DNA from: Octopus sinensis
Taxonomy: Eukaryota
Reading direction: 5' to 3'
DNA length: 64,000 nt
NCBI RefSeq assembly: GCF_006345805.1
Contig: NC_043005.1
Span: forward strand, 7,130,001-7,194,000
In this document: one piece after another, positions 26,641 through 41,380 of the stretch
Position numbering within the stretch: the first letter of the stretch is position 1
Layout of the letters: each line of letters starts with the position of its first letter
Notes under the pieces: generated by a model
Seen by the model: only the letters and a program-made list of their open reading frames with translations
Database searches by the model: none
Told to the model about the DNA's origin: nothing
Made by a program: the position numbers and the translations under genes

Positions 26641-27270
26641 GAAACCATGCTGGAGCTCAATGCAGCCCTGTGGCTAACCAGATCCTACCAAACTATCCAG
26701 TCCATGCCAGGATGGAAAACAGATATTAAGTGATGATGATGATGATATCTACATCTATAGTAAATTCCATCATCAGCATCATCGTCATCATCATCATCAT
26801 TGTTGTTGGCATTTTAATGGCAATAACAATGATGGCTATTTTTTCATGGTTGCATGGATCAGATGAAAGTACAAAGAGGCAAAGTTTTTTTTCTATAAAC
26901 AGACGCCCTTCTTATAACCCAGAACCATTGTTTCTATGTGAGGTAATAATCTGCCCATCTATCAAACAAATAACAGCAGCCTGGGCATACTTTATACAGG
27001 CAGCTGAGAACAAAGAACATCATTTAGAAAACATATTTAAAAAGATATGGCAGCATGTGAAGATGTGTCAGGAAACCTGGGCATACTTTGATGGTGGATT
27101 GCAAGCCAATGACACTGGCAAGAAGCTGCTGTCTAACAAACCAACAAACACAAAGGGAATACACAAACGCATACACATGTACACACCCATCTGCATGTGT
27201 GTCTGTGTGTGTGTGTACATGTGCATGGAAAAGACATTACATGATGACGATATACACACATATAATAAAT

Positions 27271-28420
27271 AAGGGTTAATCATTTATTTTGTGTCAAATT
27301 TGTTGTGGCACTAACAGCAATCTGGTCACTGGCACAATTCCACAGCAACTGGGCCAATACATACATACATACATACATACATACATACATACATGCATGA
27401 GGATTATAAGCGTAACTTTATCGGTCATTCATGTAGTCATTGCCCAGTGTTCATAGTGGGTCAGTTAATTTGGCTTTAGGCTGAAAATCATCATCATATC
27501 TTTTGTATTTGGAATTTAACTACTGCTGGGTTTTTTTCTGTTTTTTTTTTTTACTTTAAATAAGAATGATATCAGACAATTAGCTGTGCTCTTCACATCT
27601 TCTTTCTCAACTGGGGTCCAGTAGAACAAACCATTACAACTCCTTGTTAGAATATCTGTGAAACCAAATAGTAATATTTTTAATACATTTAATACACACT
27701 TCTTTTTTTTTTTTACTTGTTTCAGTCATTTGACTGTGGCCATGCTGGAGCACCGCCTTTAGTCGAGCAAATTGACCCCGGGACTTATTCCTTGTAACAC
27801 ATGTTTCTGATAATTATGCAAAAGAGAAAAAAATTCATATCTTGCCCAACACCTCCTTCATTTAATACAAATCAAATGAGTCTTAACTAAAGAGGGATTT
27901 ATGTAGGAGATGAATTCTTTTCTCTTCCAATTATCTGAAACACATGTATTAAATACATTCAAAATATCAATATTTGGTCTGACTGTATTATATGTTTTAT
28001 GACTCCAAGCCATTACAGGTGAGCCTGTCCCTAATCCATTTACAGATATTCTAACAAGGACTTGTAATGGTTTGTTCTACTGGACCCCAGTTGAGAAAGA
28101 AGATGTGAAGAGCACAGCTAATTGTCTGATATCATTCTTATTTAAAGTAAAAAAAAAAACAGAAAAAAACCCAGCAGTAGTTAAATTCCAAATACAAAAG
28201 ATATGATGATGATTTTCAGCCTAAAGCCAAATTAACTGACCCACTATGAACACTGGGCAATGACTACATGAATGACCGATAAAGTTACGCTTATAATCCT
28301 CATGCATGTATGTATGTATGTATGTATGTATTGGCCCAGTTGCTGTGGAATTGTGCCAGTGACCAGATTGCTGTTAGTGCCACAACAAATTTGACACAAA
28401 ATAATAAATGATTAACCCTT
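27271..28420. repeat. Long inverted duplication: arms ~27271-27659 and ~28042-28420, spacer ~380 bp
   Basis: Arms are reverse complements except (ATAC)n length, A-run length, a 3-nt indel and about one substitution. Confidence 0.95.
27797..27950. mobile_element. Small TIR element (MITE-like) inside the spacer
   Basis: acatgtttctgataatt...aagagaaaaaaattcat versus atgaattcttttctctt...aattatctgaaacacatgt. Confidence 0.6.
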
Positions 28421-28636
28421 TCGTTACTGTATTTATTTTGAGATGCTCTGTGTTTCTCTCAATTATTTTAAATATAACAAAGAATTTAGTAAAATAACTC
28501 AGTTATCATTAAGCTAGTGTTAGGAACATTAATTATGACTAAGCTTTGGTAGAAGATTTTAATTAAAAACTTATGAAAACAAGACATTTGTACTGCAGAG
28601 CCAGAGCCGGTTTCAGCCGGGTTGGTAACGAAAGGG
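28416..28636. mobile_element. piggyBac-type MITE
   Basis: TTAA on both sides; perfect 12-bp TIR ccctttcgttac / gtaacgaaaggg. Confidence 0.9.
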
Positions 28637-30584
28637 TTAAGTGAAGCTAACAGTTTTTGTGCTTTTGAATGGCTAAAGTGTCTTCCGAACTGTTATTGCT
28701 AGGTATTTATATAAATAAATATTTGCAAGATCAGCATAAGTTCTGTATCAGCCTAGTATTGAAATGCAAGAAACATACAGTAATAGCTGATGTTTTTAAG
28801 TTGACCTAAATAAGCAAGTGAAATAAAAACAAATATGTTTCGTCACACTGAAAAACAAGCATGTACATTTTAACAGGTTAGAAATTACTTGAGCTGATAA
28901 ATTTAATAATTTTAGTAGATACAGTATAATATCACAAGAAAAATTATTAAAAGAGTTCTGTCTAATGTAAATCACTGTATGCTACATGCTAAAAATGTTT
29001 AAAATTTGTTGTTCCTTATAAATCTAGAAAAAAAGTAAACTTTGCAATTGAAAAACAATAACACCAGTAAATATTCAAGTAGTCACCAAAATACAAATTG
29101 GCACAAAAATCCATAACTGATAAAATTTCTGTGATTAATTTGCTGTGCAATTCATTTAGTTGGAATGGTAAAGACAAATCTATCTGACCATAAATTGCAA
29201 ACTAAAAACTGGTTTTGGAAGGGGAAGCAGTCAACTTTTAGCTAATTTACTGTCATTTATACATTCAGAAGCAAGAAGCTGACATTATGACATATCAAAT
29301 ATTATGTATCTAGAAATTGTTGGTTAAAATAATAATTTGATAAAGAGTAACAGGAATATATACAAAGTTGATCACGTGATATGTATAAAAATTATTTCTT
29401 ATTTTGACAGTTATGTTAACCATTTCTTTTTTTCCAAACAAATAAAAAACTGCTCCATTCATTCTGATCTCACTTCAATTTTCACAACATTAGCAAGGAT
29501 TTACCATTTATAGCTCCTATTTTTATACACATAAAACAAAGGTTTTAAATCCTATTCAAAAATGCAGTTATAGAACACAAACAATCAAACCACTACACAA
29601 AAGTCTGCCAGTGTTGCAGAAAAGAGTTCCATCACCTCATCTTATCTTAAAATCCCACATTGAGATAATTATCCTGCAAATACATTTTTCTTGCTCACAA
29701 ATAAATACTGGGACTTCTTTAATGCAGATCACCAAACTCTAGGTGCATTATTGAGATGAGGCTGAAATCAAAAATATTAAGAAAAAAAAAATGCAACGGA
29801 AGCAGATCGGCAAATCCATTTACTTCAGAAGTCTAATCTTCCTAAAATTAATCCATTGAAGTTGTTTACATGACACACACTAATACCAGTTCTAGAAGTC
29901 TAAGAACTCTTGGATGCCACACCATATGTCATCCACGTTATCTACAAAATAAAGGATGGGCAACCAAAATGTCAATGACAAGAAACATTGGTAACCACCA
30001 CACTGTCCAGCCCAAAAGAAATTCTCTCAATAAAATGTAAGATAGAAATGCTCTTGTAAAGAGATAGAAAAGATCCTGGATTCATCACTGTGATTGCAAG
30101 TAATAATTATAAAGAAAAAAAAATAAAGAGAAAATTTAATGAACGCAGACCAAATTAGAATACATGTCATTGCATATTAAATGAAAGATATTTTTTAGAA
30201 AAGCTGTAAATGAAAATAAAAAAACCCCAGATAATATTAAAAAGAAGAGAAAAACAATAGTATTTTTTCAAATATGAATTATGTAAAGAAGTTGGTAAGG
30301 CTATGAATATTGTGGGTATTTATTTATAAATAATTGGTCTAAATGCAAACAGAATACGATTTAAGTCAATAAGGGAATGATAGAAATAATGACTCATTTC
30401 CAGATGAAATACATAACATTCCCATAAATGTTATCAGATTTCATTTAAGCATCAACCAAACCACCAACACCTCTTGAAACTTGCTGCTTAGTGAAAGAAC
30501 GGAAATTTAAAAAAGGAAAAAATCTACAAATATTTCTCAGTAATGTGTTTACATGTGTGTGAGTGTGTCTGTCTGTCTGTCTGT

Positions 30585-30810
30585 CTATTCTTTATTCTTT
30601 TACTTGTTTCAGTCGTTTGACTGTGGCCATGCTGGAGCACGGCTTTAAAGGATCTTTTAGTTGAAAAAATTGACCCCCCAGGACTTATTCTTTGTAAGCC
30701 TAGTACTTATTCTATCAGTCTCTTTTGCCAAACCACTAAGTTACAGGGATGCAAACACACCAACGTCAGTTGTCACGCGATTGGGGGGGCGACACAGACA
30801 GATACACACA
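30585..30810 (-). mobile_element. SINE tail module
   Basis: Reverse complement of the 26170-26365 module. Confidence 0.75.
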
Positions 30811-30997
30811 CACACACACACACACAGATATATACACATATTTAACTGCACTCTTCAAAATTTGCACTAAGAATAAGTACAAGGTAAAATTACTACCTGC
30901 TTTTATTGCAAATTTATGCAGATAGTTTATCTTGTCCTCCTCCGACTTTTTGTTCGTTGCAAATAAAAAAAAATCACATTATTTATGGACGACCCAA

Positions 30998-31045
<48 letters not shown>

Positions 31046-31099
31046 TATTATTATCATTATTATTATTATTATTATTATTCATGTGTGTGTGTGTGTGTG

Positions 31100-32345
31100 T
31101 ATGCTATCAAGGTGCAGCAATATCAAAGGAAGGCTAACTGGGAAGATAGTTCTTGTGTGTGGCAAATGCTCAGGAGCAATAAACACTGAAAATGTGCAGA
31201 GAACAGCTTCCGTCACATTCCAGGGGGAAAAACTACAAATAGTTGATAGCTTCCATTACCTAAGTGACCAAGTCAGTAGCAGGTGTGGATGCTCTGAAAG
31301 TGTAGCTGCTAAAGTAAGGATAGCCTGGGCAAAGTTCAAAGAGCTCTTACCTCCGCTCAGAGTAAAAGGTAGAGTGTATGATGCATGTGTGCAAACAGCT
31401 ATGCTACATGGCAGTGAAACATGGGCTGTGACTGCCGAGGACATGTGTAGGCTTGTAAGAAATGAAGCTAGTATGCTCTGCTGGATGTGTAATGTCAGTG
31501 TGCATACATGACAGAGTGTAAGTGCCCTGAGAGAAATGCTTGACATAAGAAGCATCAGATATGGAGTGCAGGAGAGACGACTGTGCTGGTATGATCATGT
31601 GTTGCGAATGGATGAGGACAACTGCGTGAAAGAGTGTCACACCCTAGCAGTTGAGGGAATCTGCGGAAGAGGAAGCCCCAGGAAGACCTGGGATAATGTG
31701 GTGAAGCACAACCTTCGAACATTGGGCCTAACCGAGGCAATGACAAGTGACCAAGACCTTTGAAGATATGCTGTGCTTCAGAAGATCTGACAAGCCATGT
31801 GAGACCATAACTGTGGCCTATGCCAGTGCTGTATAACCAGCCCATTTAAGAGAACCTTTCAATCATTAGACAATAAACTATGCTTGCAAAGACCTGCTGA
31901 CGCAAGTGAAATCACTGTCGTGGCCGATGACAGTACCACCTGATTGACACCCATGCCAGTAGAACGTTAAAAGTACCATTCAAGTGTGATCGTTACCAGG
32001 GCCGCTGACTGGCTCCCATGCCAGTAGCATATAAAAAAAGCAACATTCGAGCATGGTCATTGCTCCAGTGCCACCGAACTGGCTCCTGTGTAAGTGGCAT
32101 GTAAAAAGCACCATTTGAATCATGACCAATGCCAGTACTGCCTGACTGGCTCCTGTGCAGGTGGCATGTAAAAAAGCACCACTACACCCATGGAGTGGTT
32201 GGTGTTAGGAAGGGCATCCAGCTGTAGAAATTTTGCCAGATCAGATTGGAGACTGGTGCAGCCTTCTGGTTCGCCAGCCCTCAGTCAAATCCTCCAACCC
32301 ATGCCAGCATGGAAAGCAGATGTTAAACGATGATGATGGTGATAT
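31100..32345 (+). mobile_element. 5'-truncated RTE-clade LINE (ORF C-terminus, 3' UTR, (GAT)n)
   Basis: IVDSFHYLSDQVSS...RIAWAKFKELLP...YDACVQTAMLHGSETWAVT...RRLCWYDHVLRMDED...GRGSPRKTW are RTE C-terminal motifs; contains stops. Confidence 0.9.
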
Positions 32346-32346
32346 A

Positions 32347-32512
32347 TACGATGGTCTTCTTTCAGTTTCTGTCTACTGAATCCACTCACAAGGCTTTGGA
32401 CAGCCCATGGTTATAGTAGAAGACGCTTGACCAAGGTGCCACACAGTAGGACTGAACCTGGAACCATGTGGTTGGAAAACAAACCTTTTACCACATATCT
32501 GCTTCTCCATAT
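32347..32512 (-). mobile_element. SINE head module
   Basis: Reverse complement of the 25958 head. Confidence 0.75.
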
Positions 32513-32523
32513 AAGCATATATG

Positions 32524-32554
<31 letters not shown>

Positions 32555-33285
32555 ATCATCCTCATCCTTATTTTAACATCCACTTTTCAATGCATGGGGA
32601 AGATGGAATTTGTAGAGGCAGTTATTTCTACAGAAGGTTGCCTCTCCAATTTCCAAGTAAGATACCAACCCTCAAATCCATCAAGTAATGAACACCCAGG
32701 CAAAGCTATGAGCCTATTTTTTCTTTCTTCACAGATATTGCATGACATGTCAAGAAGTTTGGGCTTATTTTCTTGGAGGTACCTGCAAGCATACAACATT
32801 ACCTGTATTTGACAGTGAGTTTGTTTTTCTCCTTACATTCAACAAATATATGTGCATGCATACGCATGCACGAAAGCACACACACCTCACCATGTAAAAT
32901 GCATTCATACCAGTGCCATATGAGGACGCATATGCTAGTGCCATGTAAAGAACGCCCAGTACACTATAAAGTGGTTGGTGTTAGGAAGGGCATCCAACCA
33001 TAAAAACGATGCCAAGACAGACAATTGGCTAGTGCCTGTCAAATCATCCAACTCATGTCAGCATGGTAAAGATGATAAATGATGACAATGTTGATGATAT
33101 ATGTGTGTGTGTGTGTGTCTGCTTTTCTTGATATTTGTGGTGGTGAATATGTAAATACATACACATACATACATTACATATGTACACACAAATATGCATA
33201 TAGATGCATACATATAGCGATGCATATGGAAATAAATAAATAAATATATATATTTTGAATTGATAAAAGGTGTCTTTTTTTCTAA

Positions 33286-33351
<66 letters not shown>

Positions 33352-33508
33352 TGTGTGAAATTTGATTTAGTATTTCTAAATTGAATTTTTTTCCCTGTAA
33401 GTTAGGATTAATATTCCTTCAAATAATTATTATATATATATATCATTACACAAGTATATACGCATAAATACATACACTACATACACACATCCTACATGTA
33501 TGTATATA

Positions 33509-35108
33509 TCAGGTTGAGTAAAAAGTAAGCAACGTTTTGAAACATGATATTCATCACAATATATTTCAACAATGCGGAAATTTTATTCATTAAAGTAAGT
33601 ACCATTACAATCAACACATTTTTGCCAACGAGTTACAAGTTTGTTTATTCTGGTAACATGAAAATCTGGAGTTCTGGAGTTGATGAACTCTTTGACTGCA
33701 CTTTCAGCATCAGTTGGATATTTGAACTCCTCTCACAGGAAAGCATCAAGGTGCTTGAAAAAGTGGTAGACAGAAGGAGGGGAATAAGCTGGGTGGGGAA
33801 GAACTTTGTAGCCAAGTTCCCTCAACTTCTGGAACGTCATTAATGAAATGTGTGGTCAAGCATTGTCATGAAGAATGATTGGCCCTCTTCTGCTGACCAG
33901 TCTGGGATGGAGAAGTAGCAGTTTTTGTTTATTTTGGCAATTTCATGGCAATATGTTTCTGCAGTAATGGTTTTACCAGGTTTTAAGAAGTTATATTGGA
34001 TGAGTCCATCAGTACACCACCAAACAATCACCATAACCTTCGTTTTGGAAGAGCCTGGGTTTAGGGAAGGTTTTCGGGGCTTCATTTTGGTCCAACCACT
34101 GCGAAGAATGTTATTTTCATTATTCGCCTGGCCCCCATGCCGGTGGTACGTAAAAAGCACCCTCCGATCGTGGCCGTTGCCAGCCTCGCCTGGCCCCCGT
34201 GCCGGTGGCACATAAAAAGCACCATCCATCCGTGGCCGTTTGCCAGCTCCGTCTGGCACCTGTGTAGGTGGCACGTAAAAAGCATCCACTACATTCACAG
34301 AGTGGTTGGCATTAGGAAGGGCATCCAGCCATAGAAACACTGCCAGATCAGACTGGGCCTGATGCAGCCTTCTGGCTTCACAGACCCCAGTTGAACCATC
34401 CAACCCATGCTAGCATGGAAAGCGGACGCTAAATGATGATGATGATGATGATGATGAATCCACGTCTCATTGCAAGTTACAATACTGTTGAAAAATAGAT
34501 CGGTCTGGTGATGGAGAAGAAGCAACAAGCAAATTTCATATCTCTGCATTTTCTGATTTTCATTCAAATCATGTGGTACCCATTTGTTGAGCTTTTTTTT
34601 ATTTTCCAATCACATGCAGATGGCTGGAAGTAGTTTTCTGGTTAACTTGAAGTTCTTTAGCCAGTTCTCGAGTGGTTTTACGAGGATCTTTCTCAATGAT
34701 GGTCTTTAATCAACCATCATTGATGACAGATGGGCATCCACTATGATCAATCTGCAAGGCTCAGGTCTCCACTGCAAAATCGTTTAAACCATTTTCGAGC
34801 TGACCACTCATTGATCATTTCCTCACCAAACATTTCGTTGAGATTGCAAGCAGTTTCTGCTATTTCACCTCCCTTTTTGAAGTTGAATAGCAAAATTGCT
34901 CAAATATCACACTTTGACAGTTCCATTTCAGATGATTGCAACAATGGTGAAAACAGTATCAATGTTAATTTATTGATGCCTTTCGGTAAGTCTATATCTA
35001 TATTATCAGACAAGTGCCAAAAAATATTTTTAAAAATTCAAAACTCTGCAAAAATCCAGTAAAAATTCTTCATGGTTCTAAACGTTGCTTTCTTTTTACT
35101 CAACCTGA
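33509..35108 (-). mobile_element. Mariner (Tc1/mariner) transposon, defective
   Basis: ~30-bp TIRs tcaggttgagtaaaaagtaagcaacgttt / aaacgttgctttctttttactcaacctga, TA flanks; transposase motifs KWVPHDL, IVTCNETWI, KVMVIVWW, LKPGKTITAETY. Confidence 0.92.
34115..34456 (+). mobile_element. RTE 3' end inserted in the mariner
   Basis: Interrupts the transposase immediately after ETWI. Confidence 0.88.
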
Positions 35109-35589
35109 TATATGCACATACTAGTCATAGACACATATACACACACATACTCAAACATACATATAACACATATTTCACACATATAAACAAGTCATATACA
35201 CATATACCTAGATTATATACTTACATAGACACATGAATACACGTAAAATTACATAAATGTATCATCATCTCCATCGTTATTTTCCATACTGGCATGGTTG
35301 GACAGTTTGGCCAGAGATTCCAGTCTGATCTGACATGGTTTCCGCAGCTGGATGTCCTTCATAACACCAACCACTTTACAGTGCGTGCATGAAAGCCTTT
35401 ATGTGACACTAGCATGACTGTTCTTTTACGTGGTGCCAGCACAAGATTCTTGCAGGCCAACCCTTTTCACCAGGGGAAGCGACCTTAACACTTCTGCTGT
35501 GGAGTACAAGCCTTCTTATATGTATATATACACACAAACATATATACATACATATATATGTGTGTGCGTGTGTGTGTGTGTATATATAT

Positions 35590-35998
35590 CATCATCATCA
35601 TCATCATCATCGTTTAACCTCCGTTTTCCGCGCTAGCACGGGTTGGACGGTTCGACCGGGGTCTGGGGAGCCAGGGGCTGCTCCAGGCTCCAGTTTGATC
35701 TGGCAGTGTTTCTACAGCTGGATGCCCTTCCTAACGCCAACCACTCCACGAGTGTAGTGGGTGCTTTTTACGTGCCACCTGCACAGGTGCCAGAGGGGTC
35801 TGGCATCGGCCACGATCAGTTGGTGCTTTTTTTTTTTTGAGCTATATATATATATATAAGGGCATCCAGCCGTAGAAACACTGCCAGATTTGACTGGGCC
35901 TGATGAAGCCTTCTGGCTTCACAGACCCCAGTAGAACCGTCCAACCCATGCTAGCATGGAAAACGGACGCTAAACGATGATGATGATGATGATGATGA
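35590..35998. mobile_element. Two RTE 3' ends head-to-head (minus 35590-35830, plus 35858-35998)
   Basis: (CAT)n at the left end, (GAT)n at the right end. Confidence 0.85.
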
Positions 35999-36029
35999 TA
36001 TATATATATATATATATATATATTTTATT

Positions 36030-36400
36030 TTATTTTATCTAGTTTCAGCTCACGAGCTGTGGCCATGCTGGGGCACTGCCATTTGGTGTTGCTACATGAT
36101 TTTACTTCATGAATGCTTTTTAGCAACTGCCATTTGGTGCATGAGAGAGTTTGATGCAGCTGCCCTCATCTGTACCTCCTGCTGTGAAGTTGGTTCATCC
36201 GGGACACCTGACAGGAAGAGATCCAGTCCTACTTTAAAGACATCCGCATCCACCCCATGCAGGTCCCTCAGATTCTTCAGGAGGATATTGAAGAGCTGTG
36301 GGCCTCTGAAACCCAGGCTATCACAGTATCTTGTCCTACATCTTGATGGCAAATTTGGAGTCCTTGGCACCATGCAGTGGCGCCCAGTTCTGGCATTTAT
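36030..36400 (-). mobile_element. CR1-group LINE 3' end with UTR
   Basis: SLGFRGPQLFNILLKNLRDLHGVDADVFKVGLDLFLSGVPDEP; tail ...cagcatggccacagctcgtgagctgaaactagataaaat. Confidence 0.82.
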
Positions 36401-36401
36401 A

Positions 36402-36435
<34 letters not shown>

Positions 36436-36438
<3 letters not shown>

Positions 36439-36770
36439 GGTAAAGACCCCCTTCGGTCATGAATGACCATGGGATTGCACCTAGAAAGTTAGCCTCCTAG
36501 ACACAAGTCCGGGCAAGGTTGTTTATGGAAGACCAGCAGTCGCCCATGCATACCAGCCTCCCCTCTCCACATCACCAGTGTTATCCAAGGGAAAGACAAA
36601 GGCCGATACAGCTTGGCACCTGTGACGTCGCAACTCATTTCTACAGCTGAGTGAACTGGAGCAACGTGAAATAAAGTGCCTTGCTCAAGAACACAACACG
36701 CAGCCCGGTCCGGGATTCGAGCTCACAACCTCACGATCGTAAGCTCGACGCTCTAACCACTGAGCCATGC
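36436..36770 (-). mobile_element. tRNA-derived SINE (second family; CORE/Meta-like body)
   Basis: Head catggctcagtggttagagcg...gctcgaatccc (A and B boxes) followed by gtgttcttgagcaaggcacttt. Confidence 0.85.
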
Positions 36771-37031
36771 GACATATATACATATTGCTCGAAATACGGA
36801 TTAGAAAAACAGCCAGCAGCTGATGAAGGGTTGTTCTTTGTGTTGTTTGTCTCATTTTCCATTTATTTCTTTTGTTGTTCACAAAAAAAAGTTCATATTC
36901 CATGGTTGCATACTTCATATTTTTTTGTTATTTACGTTTTGTTATATCCTGTGCCCACATATGCATATATGTGTATACGTATACATATAAGTATGTACGC
37001 TTACATATGTATATATGCATATATATATATA

Positions 37032-37395
37032 TATCATCATCATCATTGTTTAACGTCCGTTCTCCATGCTAGCATGGGTTGGACGGTTCAACTGGGGTCT
37101 GTGAACCCAGAAGGCTGCATCAGGCCCAGTCTGATCTGGCAGTGTTTCTACGGCTGGATGCCCTTCCTAACGCCAACCACTCCGTGAGTGTAGTGGGTGC
37201 TTTTTACATGCTACCCGCACAGGTGCCAGACGGAGCTGGCAAACGGCCACGGACGGATGGTGCTGATTACGTGCCACCGGCACGGAGGCCAGTCGGGGCG
37301 GCACTGGCAACGGCCATGATTGGATGGTTCGCTTACTTGTCACCGGCACTAGTATCACAGCTGCAATTTCCATTGATGTTGATCGACTTCGATTT
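37032..37395 (-). mobile_element. RTE 3' end copy
   Basis: Family consensus, reverse strand. Confidence 0.85.
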
Positions 37396-37514
37396 TGGTT
37401 ATATATATACATACCTAAGTATGTATTATACACATAGGTACATACAGCCATGTATGCATTATACAAACACATGCACATGTACTCCGCATATACACATAAA
37501 TATATGCAGCAGAC

Positions 37515-37573
<59 letters not shown>

Positions 37574-38199
37574 ACACGCACACACACACATATATAGTGT
37601 GTAACAGTAATGAGTATTCTTTTGTATTTCATGTGTGTGTGGGTCTTGTTTTTACGTATGTGGGTGTTTTCAGATGCTAACTGACGATGATAATATATAT
37701 ATATATATATTGATTTTTATTGTTTCCATTGTGACATAATCAGAGCAAATTACATTTGATCGTGGTCTATAACTTCCCATTTTGTACCTGTGGTTATTTT
37801 GTTTCAAGTCCCAGAGGTGTTTTGGACAGGGAGGTTGTGTAATGTTCAGAACATGCATGTATCTGTCTTTAAGGGTTTGGCTAGTAGTACCAATATAGGG
37901 ATTTTTTCTCCGCTTGTCCTTCCTGTGAAACTATTCCTTTATTGACTGTGATAGATTATAAGCAATCTCTATGAAGTGGGAATATCCTAGCTTTTATGCA
38001 CCTGCACTTTGTTCAGAGTGGTGTGTGCAGTGGAATTATTATTTAGTGATTAAATGGCACATGTTTTTGTGCAGCTATAGCAGAATTTTGAGTGTGTGTG
38101 GTGTGTGTGTATATATGTATGATTATTCAGAAGATATGAGGAGCTTAGGTCAAGGTAACCCAAACTAATAGGTACTCCACAACAGAAGTGTCAAGACCG

Positions 38200-38545
38200 A
38201 TCCTTTGGGTTGTGTAAAGCACTCATGGTGGTACCACAAAAAAGTGCCCATGCAGTGACACGTAAAAGTGCCCATATAGCAACACATAAAAGCACCTGTG
38301 TGATGTCTTATAAAAGCATCTATGCAGTGGCACATAAAAGCACCCACACAGTGTCACATAAAAGCACCTGTGTGGTGCCACATAAAAGGATCCACCCACT
38401 TTAGTGGGTGGTGTTAGAAAGAGTATCCAGGTGTAGAAACCTTGCCAAATCAGACTGGAGTCTGGTGCAGGGCCCTCACTTGCCAGCTCTGGTCACACCA
38501 TCCAACCCATGCCAGCATGGATATCAGATATCAAATTATGTTGAT
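38200..38545 (+). mobile_element. Diverged RTE 3' end with ~24-bp tandem units
   Basis: About 7 repeats of a gcacataaaagcacc core followed by the family terminus. Confidence 0.7.
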
Positions 38546-38556
38546 GAGATATACAT

Positions 38557-38587
<31 letters not shown>

Positions 38588-38890
38588 ATATATACACACA
38601 CAAAAATATACATACACACATATATATATACATATATATACACACACAAAAATATACATACACACATATATATATACATATATATACACACACACACCCA
38701 CACACATATATGCATATACATACATATATGCATATATATATATATACACACATATACATACATATATATATACTCACACATATACATACATATCTATATA
38801 CATATATTTATATGTATATATTCCTATATATACTTATCTACAAATATCTACATACATACACACATATACATATATATATATATATATTTA
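38545..38890. repeat. Compound (TA)/(CA) microsatellite
   Basis: Direct read. Confidence 0.95.
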
Positions 38891-39059
38891 TCAAAAGAAA
38901 AACAGGATGCAAAGGGTTTTGCGGTACATATGTTTCTGGCTTTATCGAGCAATTTATATCAATGCATAATTGATATAACATGTAGGTTAACAGCCTTCTT
39001 CAGCCGCGTACAATTACCACACCAAAGACATATATTACAAGTATCCACCCTGAATTTTT

Positions 39060-39095
<36 letters not shown>

Positions 39096-39289
39096 ATGTC
39101 AAAGTAGACAGTAGGGATTGGTACAGTCTTCTGACTTCCTGTTCTTGTGGAACCATCCAGCTCATTTCAGCATGGAAAACAGACATTAAACAATGATGAT
39201 GATATGTCTTTATATATATATATACACATTTCATTTTTAGACTTGGTTTGTAAGATTCTTTATGTGAGTTTGTATGTTGAAGCATATTT

Positions 39290-40602
<1,313 letters not shown>

Positions 40603-40691
40603 TAATAATAATATTTGGGAGTATAACTCCAAACTTACAGGGAAAAATTCAGTCTAGTATTAAATCAGATTTCACAATATAAATATATGAT

Positions 40692-40843
40692 ATATATAAA
40701 TTAGAGAAAAACCACTATTATGTAATTCAAACTTTTTGTGATCTAGTTATATGTTTTATAATACATTTTATTTTTTCTTTATGATTTGGTTTATGTCTAT
40801 CATTGTTTGAATTACATAATAGTGGTTTTTCTCTAATTTATAC
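40692..40843. repeat. Inverted repeat, ~40-bp arms, ~73-bp spacer
   Basis: tataaattagagaaaaaccactattatgtaattcaaac and its exact reverse complement. Confidence 0.9.
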
Positions 40844-41044
40844 ATATATATATAATACTATAATATATAAATATATGCATATATACATATATGTACATAC
40901 CTACATATATATGTATATATACAATATACATGCATATATGGATACAGGACATAAAAAATGTTAAACACAATGAGAAATGAAAGCATAAAAACAAAAACAT
41001 GAGTGCCTATGTGTGTGTGTGTGTGTGCATGCATGTCGCACATG

Positions 41045-41232
41045 AGTGCATAAAAAGCACCCACTACACTCACGGAGTGGTTGGCGTTAGGAAGGGCATC
41101 CAGCTGTAGAAACATTGCCAGATTAGACTGGAGCCTGGTGCAGGCTTCTGGCTCCCCAGAACCCCGGTCGAACCGTCCAACCCATGCTAGCATGGAGAAC
41201 GGACGTTAAACGATGATGATGATGATGATGAT
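41045..41232 (+). mobile_element. RTE 3' end copy
   Basis: Family consensus with (GAT)n. Confidence 0.85.
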
Positions 41233-41295
41233 ATATATAATATATATATATATTTATACATATATATATGTGTATATATAAATACATACATATTT

Positions 41296-41338
<43 letters not shown>

Positions 41339-41339
41339 G

Positions 41340-41380
<41 letters not shown>

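Noticed and set aside
30906-31511. 201-aa ORF as a host gene
   Set aside because: An (ATT)n/(TG)n microsatellite fused to an RTE ORF fragment.
36690-36770. tRNA gene
   Set aside because: A and B boxes are present but run directly into a SINE body; there is no closed acceptor stem or poly-T terminator.
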